Of a DNA stretch of 64,000 nt, positions 41,399-50,550 are shown one piece after another. The position numbers and the translations under genes are program-made. The stretch lies in the IMG/VR virus record IMGVR_UViG_3300027772_001884. One strand, written 5' to 3'. This DNA comes from an uncultured virus (IMG/VR IMGVR_UViG_3300027772_001884). Taxonomy: Duplodnaviria; Heunggongvirae; Uroviricota; Caudoviricetes. The first letter of the stretch is position 1; each line of letters opens with the position of its first letter. The notes beneath the pieces are model-generated. The model made no database searches. It was not told the origin of the DNA and saw nothing but the letters and a program-made list of their open reading frames with translations.

Positions 41399-42135
41399 AA
41401 AAATTTATAAGCCTAAGTCAATATCCAGGCAAGACTGGAGAATATTTTTACACAGAATTCTTTAAGCATTACAATATCGATGCAACATATACTCCGCTGG
41501 CCTGCGATAATGTTGAACAAAGTATTAAAGATGCAATTGAAGAAGGCGTTAGTGGCATTAGTATCAGTATGCCATTCAAACGAGTAGTAATGCCATTATT
41601 GAACAACCGGCATCCATACGTTGACTTGTATAATAGTTGTAATACGATTAAAATAGACAAAGGTGTAACGCATGGTTATAATGCCGACCTGGCTGGTGTT
41701 GAACACGTTTGCAAGTACATCAATAAAACAGATAAAATAACTATTTTGGGTGCAGGTGCCATAGGCAGTATGTTCATTAAATACCTAGAAGAAGAATATT
41801 ACGGAAACTTAAATGTTTGTGCCAGAAATTTAAGCACATGGAATGAACGATATAAGACGGCAAACATCATAATTAACTGCACAGCCTTGGGAACAATCAG
41901 TGATGAAAGTCCATATATGCTGGGACAAATACCTCCTGACACAAGACTGGTAATCGACTTGGCCATCAAGAACAACGAGTTTAAACAACAATGTCAGAAT
42001 TACAATATTAAATACGTATCTGGGCGTGAGTTTTATCGCAGTCAATTCTTAAAACAATTTGAGATTTACACTGGAATAAAATCCAGCGAAGAACTATACA
42101 ACGAAATCGAAAGCAGACAATATGAAACAATTTAA
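41395..42135 (+). CDS. Shikimate dehydrogenase-like oxidoreductase
   Basis: SISMPFK, SCNTI, GYNAD, LGAGAIG, IINCTALG. Confidence 0.8.
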   Translation: MKKFISLSQYPGKTGEYFYTEFFKHYNIDATYTPLACDNVEQSIKDAIEEGVSGISISMPFKRVVMPLLNNRHPYVDLYNSCNTIKIDKGVTHGYNADLAGVEHVCKYINKTDKITILGAGAIGSMFIKYLEEEYYGNLNVCARNLSTWNERYKTANIIINCTALGTISDESPYMLGQIPPDTRLVIDLAIKNNEFKQQCQNYNIKYVSGREFYRSQFLKQFEIYTGIKSSEELYNEIESRQYETI

Positions 42136-43189
42136 ATTAGGTTTCGGCCCAATGAGTAAGGAAATTATATCAATCCTTGCTAAACATACAAGAGATAATA
42201 ATTATCCATTGATGATTATTGCCAGCCGCAATCAAGTTGATTATGTTACAGGATATGTTTGTACTACTGCTGAATTAGTTGAACAAGTTAAGCAATACAG
42301 AAATTCAAATTTATTATTATGCAGAGATCATTGCGGCCCTTACTTCAGCGATTTAGATCGCGGGCTAACAATTGAAGACGCCATGGATCGTTGTATGAAA
42401 ACTATATCGGCTGATATCGCCGCAGGATTTGATTTAATACACATTGATGTTAGCCGTATCAAAGATAATCAACTACATCATGCAAAAAGTTTAATTGAGT
42501 ATGCATTAAACTTGAATCCTGATATTATGCTGGAATTTGGCAGTGAGGATAACACGGGTATAGATGTTGATAGCAGTCTAGCTAGAATAGATCTACAACT
42601 GGAATTTCTAAATCCCTACAAAAACAACGTTAAATTCTTTGTAACACAAACCGGCAGTCTAACCAAAGACGGGCAAGCTGGCACATTTGATGTTGCACGT
42701 AATCGAGTAATCGGCGAACAAATACGTGCCGCAGGCTTTTTATTCAAAGAACATAATGCCGACTACTTTACTGCTGATGATATACAAAAAAGAATAGATG
42801 CCGATGTTGATAGTTTAAATATTGCGCCGCAGTTAGGCAAAGTACAAACAGACCTGTTAAAAAAGTTTGCACCCAAGGAACTATGGTCTAGATTTGCAGA
42901 CTACGTATACAGTAAAAATTATTGGCAACGATGGGTTGCATCCGGAGTCACTGATTTGGACATTGCAGTCAGTGTTGGTGGACATTATTGTTTTAACAGT
43001 GATGAATACAGAGATATCATCGCAGCCATAGATGCTAAAAAGTTTAATTCAGAATTAGAAAAAACAATTACATCATTGCTGGATCGTTATAAAACATTTG
43101 ATCACGAGAATCCCGAAGTACAATTTCAAATCAAACTCAAGAAACGTTTAGAAGAACTACGTCGACGAGATCCATTTATATACCGATGA
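42122..43189 (+). CDS. GatZ/KbaZ-like tagatose-phosphate aldolase/epimerase family protein with fused C-terminal RDPFIY peptide
   Basis: IASRNQVD...GY, LCRDHCGP, DIAAGFDLIHID, EFGSE, KEHNADY, NIAPQLG. Confidence 0.7.
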   Translation: MKQFKLGFGPMSKEIISILAKHTRDNNYPLMIIASRNQVDYVTGYVCTTAELVEQVKQYRNSNLLLCRDHCGPYFSDLDRGLTIEDAMDRCMKTISADIAAGFDLIHIDVSRIKDNQLHHAKSLIEYALNLNPDIMLEFGSEDNTGIDVDSSLARIDLQLEFLNPYKNNVKFFVTQTGSLTKDGQAGTFDVARNRVIGEQIRAAGFLFKEHNADYFTADDIQKRIDADVDSLNIAPQLGKVQTDLLKKFAPKELWSRFADYVYSKNYWQRWVASGVTDLDIAVSVGGHYCFNSDEYRDIIAAIDAKKFNSELEKTITSLLDRYKTFDHENPEVQFQIKLKKRLEELRRRDPFIYR

Positions 43190-44658
43190 ACATTTGGGGA
43201 ATTAGTGCCAACAGTCATGACGCCGCAGTCAGTGTTTGGCATGATAAACAATTACAATTTGCGGCACACAGTGAAAGATATTCTGGCATTAAGAATGACG
43301 GAGATCTTTGTTCGGGTATTATATTAGATGCCGAACAATACGGTAAGCCAGATTTAATTGTTTGGTATGAAAATCCTGTGTTAAAAACAGCCCGACAATT
43401 CCAAGCTGGCCAGGGCAACCGTACAGTGGAAAATGACGTAAAATCATATCTAGCAAAATACAACTTAAACCAACCTTTGGTAATAGGTGAACATCATAAG
43501 AGCCATGCTGCCGCTGGTTATTATACTAGTGGACTAGCAGATGCCACTGTGGTAGTAATTGACAGTATAGGTGAGTTCGAAACACTCACAGTTTGGCAAG
43601 GCACTGGCAATGAATTAAAGAAAGTATATGCACAGGGATATCCAGATAGTCTGGGACTATGGTTCAGTGCTATGACACAGCGCATTGGATTAAAGCCCAA
43701 CGAAGAAGAATATATTCTCATGGGCATGGCTGCTTATGGTGACGCCAACAAATATAAAGCAGACATATACAATGATTTCTTTGCTGTTATAAACGGACCC
43801 GAAGTCAAATTTAAACGTAACCTGCATCGTGGTTGTCCTGACTGGAGACTAGATTTATTGAAAGAACAAGATACATTTGATATTGCTGCCGCAACTCAAC
43901 AAGTGTATACTGAAATATTACAAGGTATTAGTTCATGGGCAAGAGCAAATCTCCCCAGTAAGAACATTGTACTAATGGGTGGCTGTGCTCTTAATTGTGT
44001 GGCCAACAGTGAAATCACCGGCGATTGGGACCGTGTATGGATCATGCCAAACCCTGGGGATGCTGGCAGTAGTGTTGGCTCAGTTGCTGCCTTTTTTGGC
44101 GAACAGGTTACGTGGCCAGGAGCATATCTTGGCACAAACATGGGAAAGGAATATCCAGTTGATGAAACTATTAGTATACTTACAAGAGATAAAATTGTGG
44201 GGGTGGCTAGCGGCAAGGCTGAGTTCGGACCACGTGCTCTTGGGCACCGAAGCCTACTGGCGGATCCTAGAGGCTCCGAAATCAAAGACACAGTCAACGC
44301 AATCAAGCGAAGACAGCAATTCAGACCATTCGCACCAGCAATCTTAGAAGAACATGTACACGAATACTTTGACATGCCCGCAAATATAACAGCCAGCCCA
44401 TTCATGCAATTCGTTGCCAAATGCACCAAGCCAGAAGAGTTCCCTGCTATTATACACAAAGATGGAACAAGCCGTGTGCAAACTGTGAGTAAAAATGACA
44501 GTCCTGGATTTAGAAAGCTATTAGAAGATTGGTATAGTTTAACCGGATGCCCGATGTTACTTAATACCAGTTTAAATATCAAAGGCCAGCCCATGGTTAA
44601 CAATATTGAACATGCCCAAGACTTCTATTTAAAGTACAATGTTCCTGTAGTAACGTGA
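43186..44658 (+). CDS. Carbamoyltransferase (NodU/CmcH/TobZ family)
   Basis: HDAA, ERYSGIK, HHKSHAA, MGMAAYG, GGCALNCVAN, PGDAG, EFGPRALGHRS, RPFAP, DGTSRVQTV, LLNTSLN. Confidence 0.95.
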   Translation: MNIWGISANSHDAAVSVWHDKQLQFAAHSERYSGIKNDGDLCSGIILDAEQYGKPDLIVWYENPVLKTARQFQAGQGNRTVENDVKSYLAKYNLNQPLVIGEHHKSHAAAGYYTSGLADATVVVIDSIGEFETLTVWQGTGNELKKVYAQGYPDSLGLWFSAMTQRIGLKPNEEEYILMGMAAYGDANKYKADIYNDFFAVINGPEVKFKRNLHRGCPDWRLDLLKEQDTFDIAAATQQVYTEILQGISSWARANLPSKNIVLMGGCALNCVANSEITGDWDRVWIMPNPGDAGSSVGSVAAFFGEQVTWPGAYLGTNMGKEYPVDETISILTRDKIVGVASGKAEFGPRALGHRSLLADPRGSEIKDTVNAIKRRQQFRPFAPAILEEHVHEYFDMPANITASPFMQFVAKCTKPEEFPAIIHKDGTSRVQTVSKNDSPGFRKLLEDWYSLTGCPMLLNTSLNIKGQPMVNNIEHAQDFYLKYNVPVVT

Positions 44659-44668
44659 GTAAAAATAT

Positions 44669-44674
44669 TAAATA
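44669..44674 (+). promoter_or_regulatory. Putative late promoter core TAAATA
   Basis: Intergenic, 8 nt before ATG 44683, no Shine-Dalgarno. Confidence 0.45.
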
Positions 44675-44682
44675 CTAGTATA

Positions 44683-45426
44683 ATGCTAGATGTTTTTTTC
44701 CTCAGTTATAACGAACCGTACGCAGATGAAAACTACGCCAGACTCCGAGAGCTAGTACCCAATGCTAGACGAGTTAATGGTGTAAAAGGTTTTGCGGCAG
44801 CACATCAAGAATGTGCTCGTCGAAGTTTCACCAATAATTTTTATGTAGTCGATAGTGACGCAATTATTGTCGATGACTTTGATTTCTCTTTTACACCCAG
44901 CAAATATAATACATGGTGGTATAAGCCAGAATGCGATTATATATGTGTATGGTCAAGTATAAATCCAATAAATGACTTGATTTATGGTCACGGAGGTGTT
45001 AAAATACTACCTAAGCAACCCTTGATGTGCGAAGATAAAGATGTCATTGATTTCACAACGGGGTTTGGATTAAGTACTAAAGTATTTGACGAAGTTAGTA
45101 ATATCACTGCATTTAACTACGACGAGTTCAGCACATTTCGAAGCGCATATAGAGAATGTGCAAAACTGTCAGCCAACTTGACCAATAAAGATTTAGTAAA
45201 TAAGTTGGACGTTGAAACAATTACTAGATTACGCAACGAAGCAGAACATAGACTACACGTCTGGACTACAGTGGGCGTGGGAAGAAGATTTGGCGAGCAA
45301 TCTATAATAGGAGCTCAGCAGGGTAAAAAATATGGTCTACAATATCAAGACGATGATGTAGCTTTAAAGATGATCAATGATTACGAATGGATGAAAAATG
45401 AGTTTAATAAATTCTTTAGAAAGTAA
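44683..45426 (+). CDS. Glycosyltransferase-like protein, family A (copy 2)
   Basis: FLSYNEPYADEN, RVNGVKGFAAAH, VDSD, YGHGGVK, SAYRECAK. Confidence 0.65.
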   Translation: MLDVFFLSYNEPYADENYARLRELVPNARRVNGVKGFAAAHQECARRSFTNNFYVVDSDAIIVDDFDFSFTPSKYNTWWYKPECDYICVWSSINPINDLIYGHGGVKILPKQPLMCEDKDVIDFTTGFGLSTKVFDEVSNITAFNYDEFSTFRSAYRECAKLSANLTNKDLVNKLDVETITRLRNEAEHRLHVWTTVGVGRRFGEQSIIGAQQGKKYGLQYQDDDVALKMINDYEWMKNEFNKFFRK

Positions 45427-46399
45427 AAACAATAATATATTAAAACTAAAAGATATACCAGTTATATTTCTTAGTTTTGATGAACCCAATGCCGATGAAA
45501 ATTTTAATTTTTTAAAAGACAATCATCCTAATCCCAAATTGGTAAAACGTGTGCATGGCGTAAAAGGCTTTGATGCCGCACATAAAAAAGCCGCAGAAGA
45601 AGCTGGCAGCAAACGCTTTTTTACTGTAGATGCAGATTGCAGAGTAGACGCAGAAATATGGAAAAAAAGCATTGAAATTACCAATGACATCAAACATGCA
45701 ACATTGAGCTGGAGCAGTAGGAACATTGTCAATGGTTTAGTCTACGGCAACGGTGGCGTTAAATTATGGTATGCGGAACATGTTAATAATATGAAAAGCC
45801 ATGAAGCCGCAAGAAAAGGCGATAATACTCATAACGTAGATTTCTGTTGGGATCCTGAACAATACAAACAAATGAATAACACATATGGCATTGTACATAA
45901 CAATGCAAGTTTTAAGCAAGCATTCAGGGCAGGTTTTCGAGAAGGCGTTAAAATGGGACTGGATCAAGGTTTTAAAGTTAGACCAGAAGATTTTAAACAT
46001 AAAATGTACCCTGCAAACTTTGCACGTTGGATGATATGGATGACAGTGGGTCGAGATGTTGAAAATGGCGACTGGGTTATCTACGGCTCAAGACTAGGGG
46101 CTTATATGTTATATGTCGAAAATTTTGATCATAGTGTAATTTCAGACTATGCATGGTTTGATAAATTTTGGGATGAACAACTTATGAAGTTAGGACAAGG
46201 CGAATTTATCAATGATCATAGTCATAAACTAATGTTAGACTTGACACATAAACTGGGATTACCCTTAGTCGAATTAGATGCTAATCAAAGCGTTTGGTTT
46301 AAACACGTTCATTTTAGTCCCACAAAAGGACAGGGATGGCCGTCATTATTAAATCAAAGTGCATTGCCGTTGTATGGATTTGAGTTACCTAAATACTAA
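45398..46399 (+). CDS. Glycosyltransferase-like protein, family A (copy 3)
   Basis: FLSFDEPNADEN, RVHGVKGFDAAHK, VDAD, NGLVYGNGGVKLW, AGFREGVK. Confidence 0.65.
   Translation: MSLINSLESKNNNILKLKDIPVIFLSFDEPNADENFNFLKDNHPNPKLVKRVHGVKGFDAAHKKAAEEAGSKRFFTVDADCRVDAEIWKKSIEITNDIKHATLSWSSRNIVNGLVYGNGGVKLWYAEHVNNMKSHEAARKGDNTHNVDFCWDPEQYKQMNNTYGIVHNNASFKQAFRAGFREGVKMGLDQGFKVRPEDFKHKMYPANFARWMIWMTVGRDVENGDWVIYGSRLGAYMLYVENFDHSVISDYAWFDKFWDEQLMKLGQGEFINDHSHKLMLDLTHKLGLPLVELDANQSVWFKHVHFSPTKGQGWPSLLNQSALPLYGFELPKY
46390..46395 (+). promoter_or_regulatory. Putative late promoter core TAAATA
   Basis: 5 nt before ATG 46401. Confidence 0.5.
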
Positions 46400-46400
46400 T

Positions 46401-47081
46401 ATGACACCAGTTTACTTTTTATACACAGATGAAGCAAATCTAAACGAAAATTGGGAACGTTTACAGACCAAGACTACAGATGCAGTTGCAGTTGCAGCCG
46501 TGGGCAATATATTCGAAAGTCACAAACATATTTCAAGTTTGTGCGAAAGCGATAGATTTTATGTAGTGGATGCTGATTCCTGGATAGTTGATAGTTTTAA
46601 CTTTGATAAAAATATTGAACTAACGTCAAAAAGTGTAGCGGTATTTCGCAGTAAGAATCCCATCAATGGATTGATTTACGGGCACGGCGGAATCAAACTA
46701 TTCAGTAAAGATTGTTTTAGTGCAGAACGATTAGATCGGCCTGACATGACTACTACACTGGCAGATAGTTATATTAAAGTAAATGTTCTTGCCACGGAAC
46801 ACAGATTTAATTACAGTCCATATGCCACTTGGAGAACAGCATTTCGTGAAGCAGTTAAACTAAGTGCTGGCATTAATAAAAATAACAATGACCAAGAAAG
46901 CCAGGAACGTTTGACAATGTGGTGCGAAGCTGGCCTTGAAGTAGAGCATGGCTATTTTGCTGTACACGGCGCACGGCAAGGTGTTGCTTATGCTAAATCA
47001 AAGAACTGCGACTTTACACTGGTCAATGATTTTAAATGGTTAAAAAATAAATTTATAGACTGGACTGACTGTAATGGATAA
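46401..47081 (+). CDS. Glycosyltransferase-like protein, family A (copy 4)
   Basis: FLYTDEANLNEN, VDAD, NGLIYGHGGIKLF, TAFREAVK; start reassigned to 46401. Confidence 0.65.
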   Translation: MTPVYFLYTDEANLNENWERLQTKTTDAVAVAAVGNIFESHKHISSLCESDRFYVVDADSWIVDSFNFDKNIELTSKSVAVFRSKNPINGLIYGHGGIKLFSKDCFSAERLDRPDMTTTLADSYIKVNVLATEHRFNYSPYATWRTAFREAVKLSAGINKNNNDQESQERLTMWCEAGLEVEHGYFAVHGARQGVAYAKSKNCDFTLVNDFKWLKNKFIDWTDCNG

Positions 47082-47928
47082 TGATAATTTAACATGGTTA
47101 TTTGGCATTGAAAAGTTTTTTAACTTTATCAATGAATACGAAAAAAAGAAATTTATCAGGAATATTATCAATATGAAATATTCCGAAGCTAATTCTAAAC
47201 CATGGCCATTGAAAGATTTAATTTCTTCGGACTATGAGCTATATCCTGAATCATATAGAAGTGATCGTTTAAATTTTTATGCAAACATCTGTGCTGAAGA
47301 TAAATTGGTTACCAAAGAATTGATTTATATTATGAATTCAATATGGCCCAATGATTCTGTACTTCAAAAGTTACATAAAATAACATTGTTAAATGACAGT
47401 ATACTTGCAACTATTTTTAGTAAAAGTCAAATACTCAGCAAATTATGGATGGCAGAAACACTGAGTAAACACAATACGTCATTTAACAATATTTTGTTAA
47501 TCGGCGGCTGGCTGACTCATCATAGCCTATTCTTAAAAGACATAAATTATAAACATTTGTATAGTATCGATCCAGATGCCAGTATGAATCCTTTGATTAA
47601 TATTATGAATCCAAATGCATTTATCTGTAATAAAAATATGGAACATTGTTTTGATGTAAACAACGATATCATCTTTAATGACAGTATAATTAATCCAGAC
47701 TTAGTTATTAACACTAGTGCAGAACACATGGATAATACTTGGTTCGAAAAGTTAAAGCCAGGTACCACAGTATTATTACAATCTAACAGCAGTCCGGATT
47801 ATCAACACATAAATTACTGTCAAGACTTTGGTGTGTTTTTAAAAAAATATCCAGTAACTACATTGTATTTTAGGGGAGAAACTGTTCTCCCTAGTTACAA
47901 ACGCTATATGTTATACGGAGTTAAATGA
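47074..47928 (+). CDS. Class I SAM-dependent methyltransferase-like protein
   Basis: SKLWM, ILLIGGW, SIDPD, DLVINTSAEHM, VLLQSN. Confidence 0.6.
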   Translation: MDNDNLTWLFGIEKFFNFINEYEKKKFIRNIINMKYSEANSKPWPLKDLISSDYELYPESYRSDRLNFYANICAEDKLVTKELIYIMNSIWPNDSVLQKLHKITLLNDSILATIFSKSQILSKLWMAETLSKHNTSFNNILLIGGWLTHHSLFLKDINYKHLYSIDPDASMNPLINIMNPNAFICNKNMEHCFDVNNDIIFNDSIINPDLVINTSAEHMDNTWFEKLKPGTTVLLQSNSSPDYQHINYCQDFGVFLKKYPVTTLYFRGETVLPSYKRYMLYGVK

Positions 47929-49100
47929 TGTATAAAGCTGATGAAATTACCACCGTTCATTTAGAAGTCACTGAACGCTGTAATGCCAGCTGTCCCCAGT
48001 GTGCCCGTAACATCAACGGAGGCGAAGTAAATCCTCAGTTACACAATGCTGAATTAAGTTTAGATGATGTCCGAACGATTCTCAAGCCTGAATTTATCAA
48101 GCAATTGAAACGATTATACATGTGCGGCAACTATGGCGATCCCATTAGCGCCAGCGATACCTTGGAAATATTTGAATACATTCGCAGTCACAATGCTAAA
48201 ATGCAACTGAGCTTTCATACAAATGCCAGTGCTAAGACTCCTGAATGGTGGAGCAAGTTGCCAGCAGCCATGGGTAAAAGTCACTATGTTGTATTCAGTG
48301 TAGACGGTTTAGAGGATACCAATCATTTGTACCGTCAAGGCACTGTATGGAAAAAGATCATGGAAAATGCTCGAGCTTTTATACAAGCTGGAGGCCGAGC
48401 ACGTTGGGACTTCATTGTGTTTGGACACAATGAACATCAAGTAGAAGAAGCTAGAGCATTAGCTGAAAGTATGGGCTTTGAAAAGTTTAATGTTAAAAAG
48501 TCCAATAGATTCTTTAGCAATACTCGCGGCGCAGTAAAAGCGGATCACCAAGCAGGCAACCGTAAAGGCAGTACTACTCAAATGTTAAGTATGCCGACTA
48601 ACCCAGAATATCAAAATGCCGCACTAAAACAATTAGAAAGCCTAAGCAAAGACAAAGGCAAAATTAAAATGGATTTCATATCAACTGTTGCCGAGCTAGA
48701 AGGTAAGATAAGTGCTCAAAAGTTTAACTTAGATCCCGATAAGAAAAAAGACATGGAAAAGTACTGGGACAGTGTGGAAGTTAAATGTAAAGTTGCAGAA
48801 GAGAAAAGTATTTACATCACAGCAGAAGGATATTTACAACCATGTTGCTGGACCGCGGGACAAATGTATGTTTGGTACTGGAAAGAACGTGGCGGACAGA
48901 TATGGGACGCAATTGACGAGGTTGGGTTAGACGGTTTAGATCTGCGATTACACAACTTAAATGATGTTATCAATGGTAAATATATGCAAGAAACAATACC
49001 TAATAGCTGGAATAAACCTAGCTGTGCAGAAGGCAAGCTGGCAGTATGTGCTAAGACATGCGGTACTAAGTATGATGCATTCAGTGAACAATTTAAATAA
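47925..49100 (+). CDS. Radical SAM protein with C-terminal SPASM/twitch domain
   Basis: CNASCPQC, CGNYGDP, FSVDGL; C-terminal KC...PCCW...CAKTC. Confidence 0.9.
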   Translation: MMYKADEITTVHLEVTERCNASCPQCARNINGGEVNPQLHNAELSLDDVRTILKPEFIKQLKRLYMCGNYGDPISASDTLEIFEYIRSHNAKMQLSFHTNASAKTPEWWSKLPAAMGKSHYVVFSVDGLEDTNHLYRQGTVWKKIMENARAFIQAGGRARWDFIVFGHNEHQVEEARALAESMGFEKFNVKKSNRFFSNTRGAVKADHQAGNRKGSTTQMLSMPTNPEYQNAALKQLESLSKDKGKIKMDFISTVAELEGKISAQKFNLDPDKKKDMEKYWDSVEVKCKVAEEKSIYITAEGYLQPCCWTAGQMYVWYWKERGGQIWDAIDEVGLDGLDLRLHNLNDVINGKYMQETIPNSWNKPSCAEGKLAVCAKTCGTKYDAFSEQFK

Positions 49101-49110
49101 AGGAAAAATC

Positions 49111-49863
49111 ATGACACCAATTGAATATAATGAGTTTTTAAAAACAAGACGCACATCGAAAGTTTTTACAGATCAAAAACTAACAAAAGAACAACGACAA
49201 ATGCTAATCGATGCAGTGAATTATGCGCCAGCGCAGAACTCAAATAGAAATTTTATACCAATCCTTGTTGAAAAGCAGGAACATAAAGAATGGTTGCAGG
49301 ACAATATATTTTTTATGGTGTCTAAATACAGCGAGTCGTTGGGTAAAATAATGCCAACAGAATATCAACTAGGTATATCGACAGCACCTGCTGTAGTAAT
49401 ATATTTAGAAGCGAACGCCTCTCTTCCTATCGTCAATCATCTCAGTCATTTAGATGCAGATGGAACTTTTTTAAAAGAACCTGATTTGGGGGATAGATAC
49501 ATAAGAAATATTAACATAGGAATGAACATGGCATTTCTAGCCCAACAAGCATATCTGCTTGGATTGGATGTTGGATTCAATGGTTGTACTAGAGGTGTTA
49601 GGAACGTCATGGAAACACCTGAATTGAAAGCCCATTTGCATTCTATATATAATGAATTTGGAATTACTGACGAAATGGCAAATAAACACCATATGGCACC
49701 AGGTTACGCAGTATGTATAGGAAAAGCCAAGCCTGTTGCCAATCCTTTGACCAGAGCCACTAAAGAAGACGTAAACGGATTTGTTTACAAAGATGGCTAT
49801 TATACAAACATTAAAAAACATAAATTAGATCCTTTAGAAAATATCAGAACAATAGATGAATAA
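49111..49863 (+). CDS. Nitroreductase-family flavoprotein
   Basis: LKTRRTSKVFTD...AVNYAPAQN...AYLLGLDVGF; start reassigned to 49111 (AAGGA). Confidence 0.75.
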   Translation: MTPIEYNEFLKTRRTSKVFTDQKLTKEQRQMLIDAVNYAPAQNSNRNFIPILVEKQEHKEWLQDNIFFMVSKYSESLGKIMPTEYQLGISTAPAVVIYLEANASLPIVNHLSHLDADGTFLKEPDLGDRYIRNINIGMNMAFLAQQAYLLGLDVGFNGCTRGVRNVMETPELKAHLHSIYNEFGITDEMANKHHMAPGYAVCIGKAKPVANPLTRATKEDVNGFVYKDGYYTNIKKHKLDPLENIRTIDE

Positions 49864-49869
49864 ATATTT

Positions 49870-50550
49870 TTGAAATTTATGAATTTTGACCCTTTGCGCT
49901 TAGAATTGGAAATAACCAGCAAGTGTACACTATTTTGTCCAGAATGTCCGCGGACTAGAGATCCGGATGAAAAGAAAAACAAATGGAAATACGGCGAACT
50001 AGACATTGCTGTCATTGAAAAAATGATGCAGGTGCCAAGTATTAAGTCAGTTATATTTTCCGGAGGATATGGTGATCCTATATATCATACAAAATTTGCT
50101 GAAATAATCAAACTTGTAAAAAAGGCTGACAAGCAAATAACTGTGAACACCAATGGTAGTTATAGAAATGCCGCTTGGTGGACGACGTTGGCTCCTTTGT
50201 TCGAAAAGGGAGACATGTTTGTCTTCAGTATAGATGGCTTGCCTGGCAAAGATTTATACAGGGTGAATTCGGAATGGTCCAGCATTGAAACAGGTATTAA
50301 AATTATGACTTCTCTGTCACTGGCTGATATACAATGGAAATGGATAATTTTTAAATACAATGAAAATGATGGCATAGAAGGATACAAATTAAGTCGACAG
50401 CTGGGCGTGGGCGAATTTCGAGTAGTTAGCAGTGGAAGAGAGTATCCCCCAGGATACAAACCCGACAGAAGTTTGGAAGAAGTAATTTCGGAATTAAATA
50501 ATTACGTACATGAAGAAGGACAAAATGCAACTAGATCCAGAATGCTATAA
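49870..50550 (+). CDS. Radical SAM core domain (no SPASM domain)
   Basis: CTLFCPEC, SGGYGDP, NTNG, FSIDGL; paralog of 47925-49100 N-terminal part. Confidence 0.85.
   Translation: MKFMNFDPLRLELEITSKCTLFCPECPRTRDPDEKKNKWKYGELDIAVIEKMMQVPSIKSVIFSGGYGDPIYHTKFAEIIKLVKKADKQITVNTNGSYRNAAWWTTLAPLFEKGDMFVFSIDGLPGKDLYRVNSEWSSIETGIKIMTSLSLADIQWKWIIFKYNENDGIEGYKLSRQLGVGEFRVVSSGREYPPGYKPDRSLEEVISELNNYVHEEGQNATRSRML

Noticed and set aside
41395..42135. aroE as an auxiliary aromatic amino acid biosynthesis gene
   Set aside because: No other shikimate pathway gene nearby and it is embedded in a sugar module, so no gene symbol was assigned
43896..44603. 235-aa antisense ORF
   Set aside because: Lies wholly opposite the well-conserved carbamoyltransferase; no motifs or expression signals
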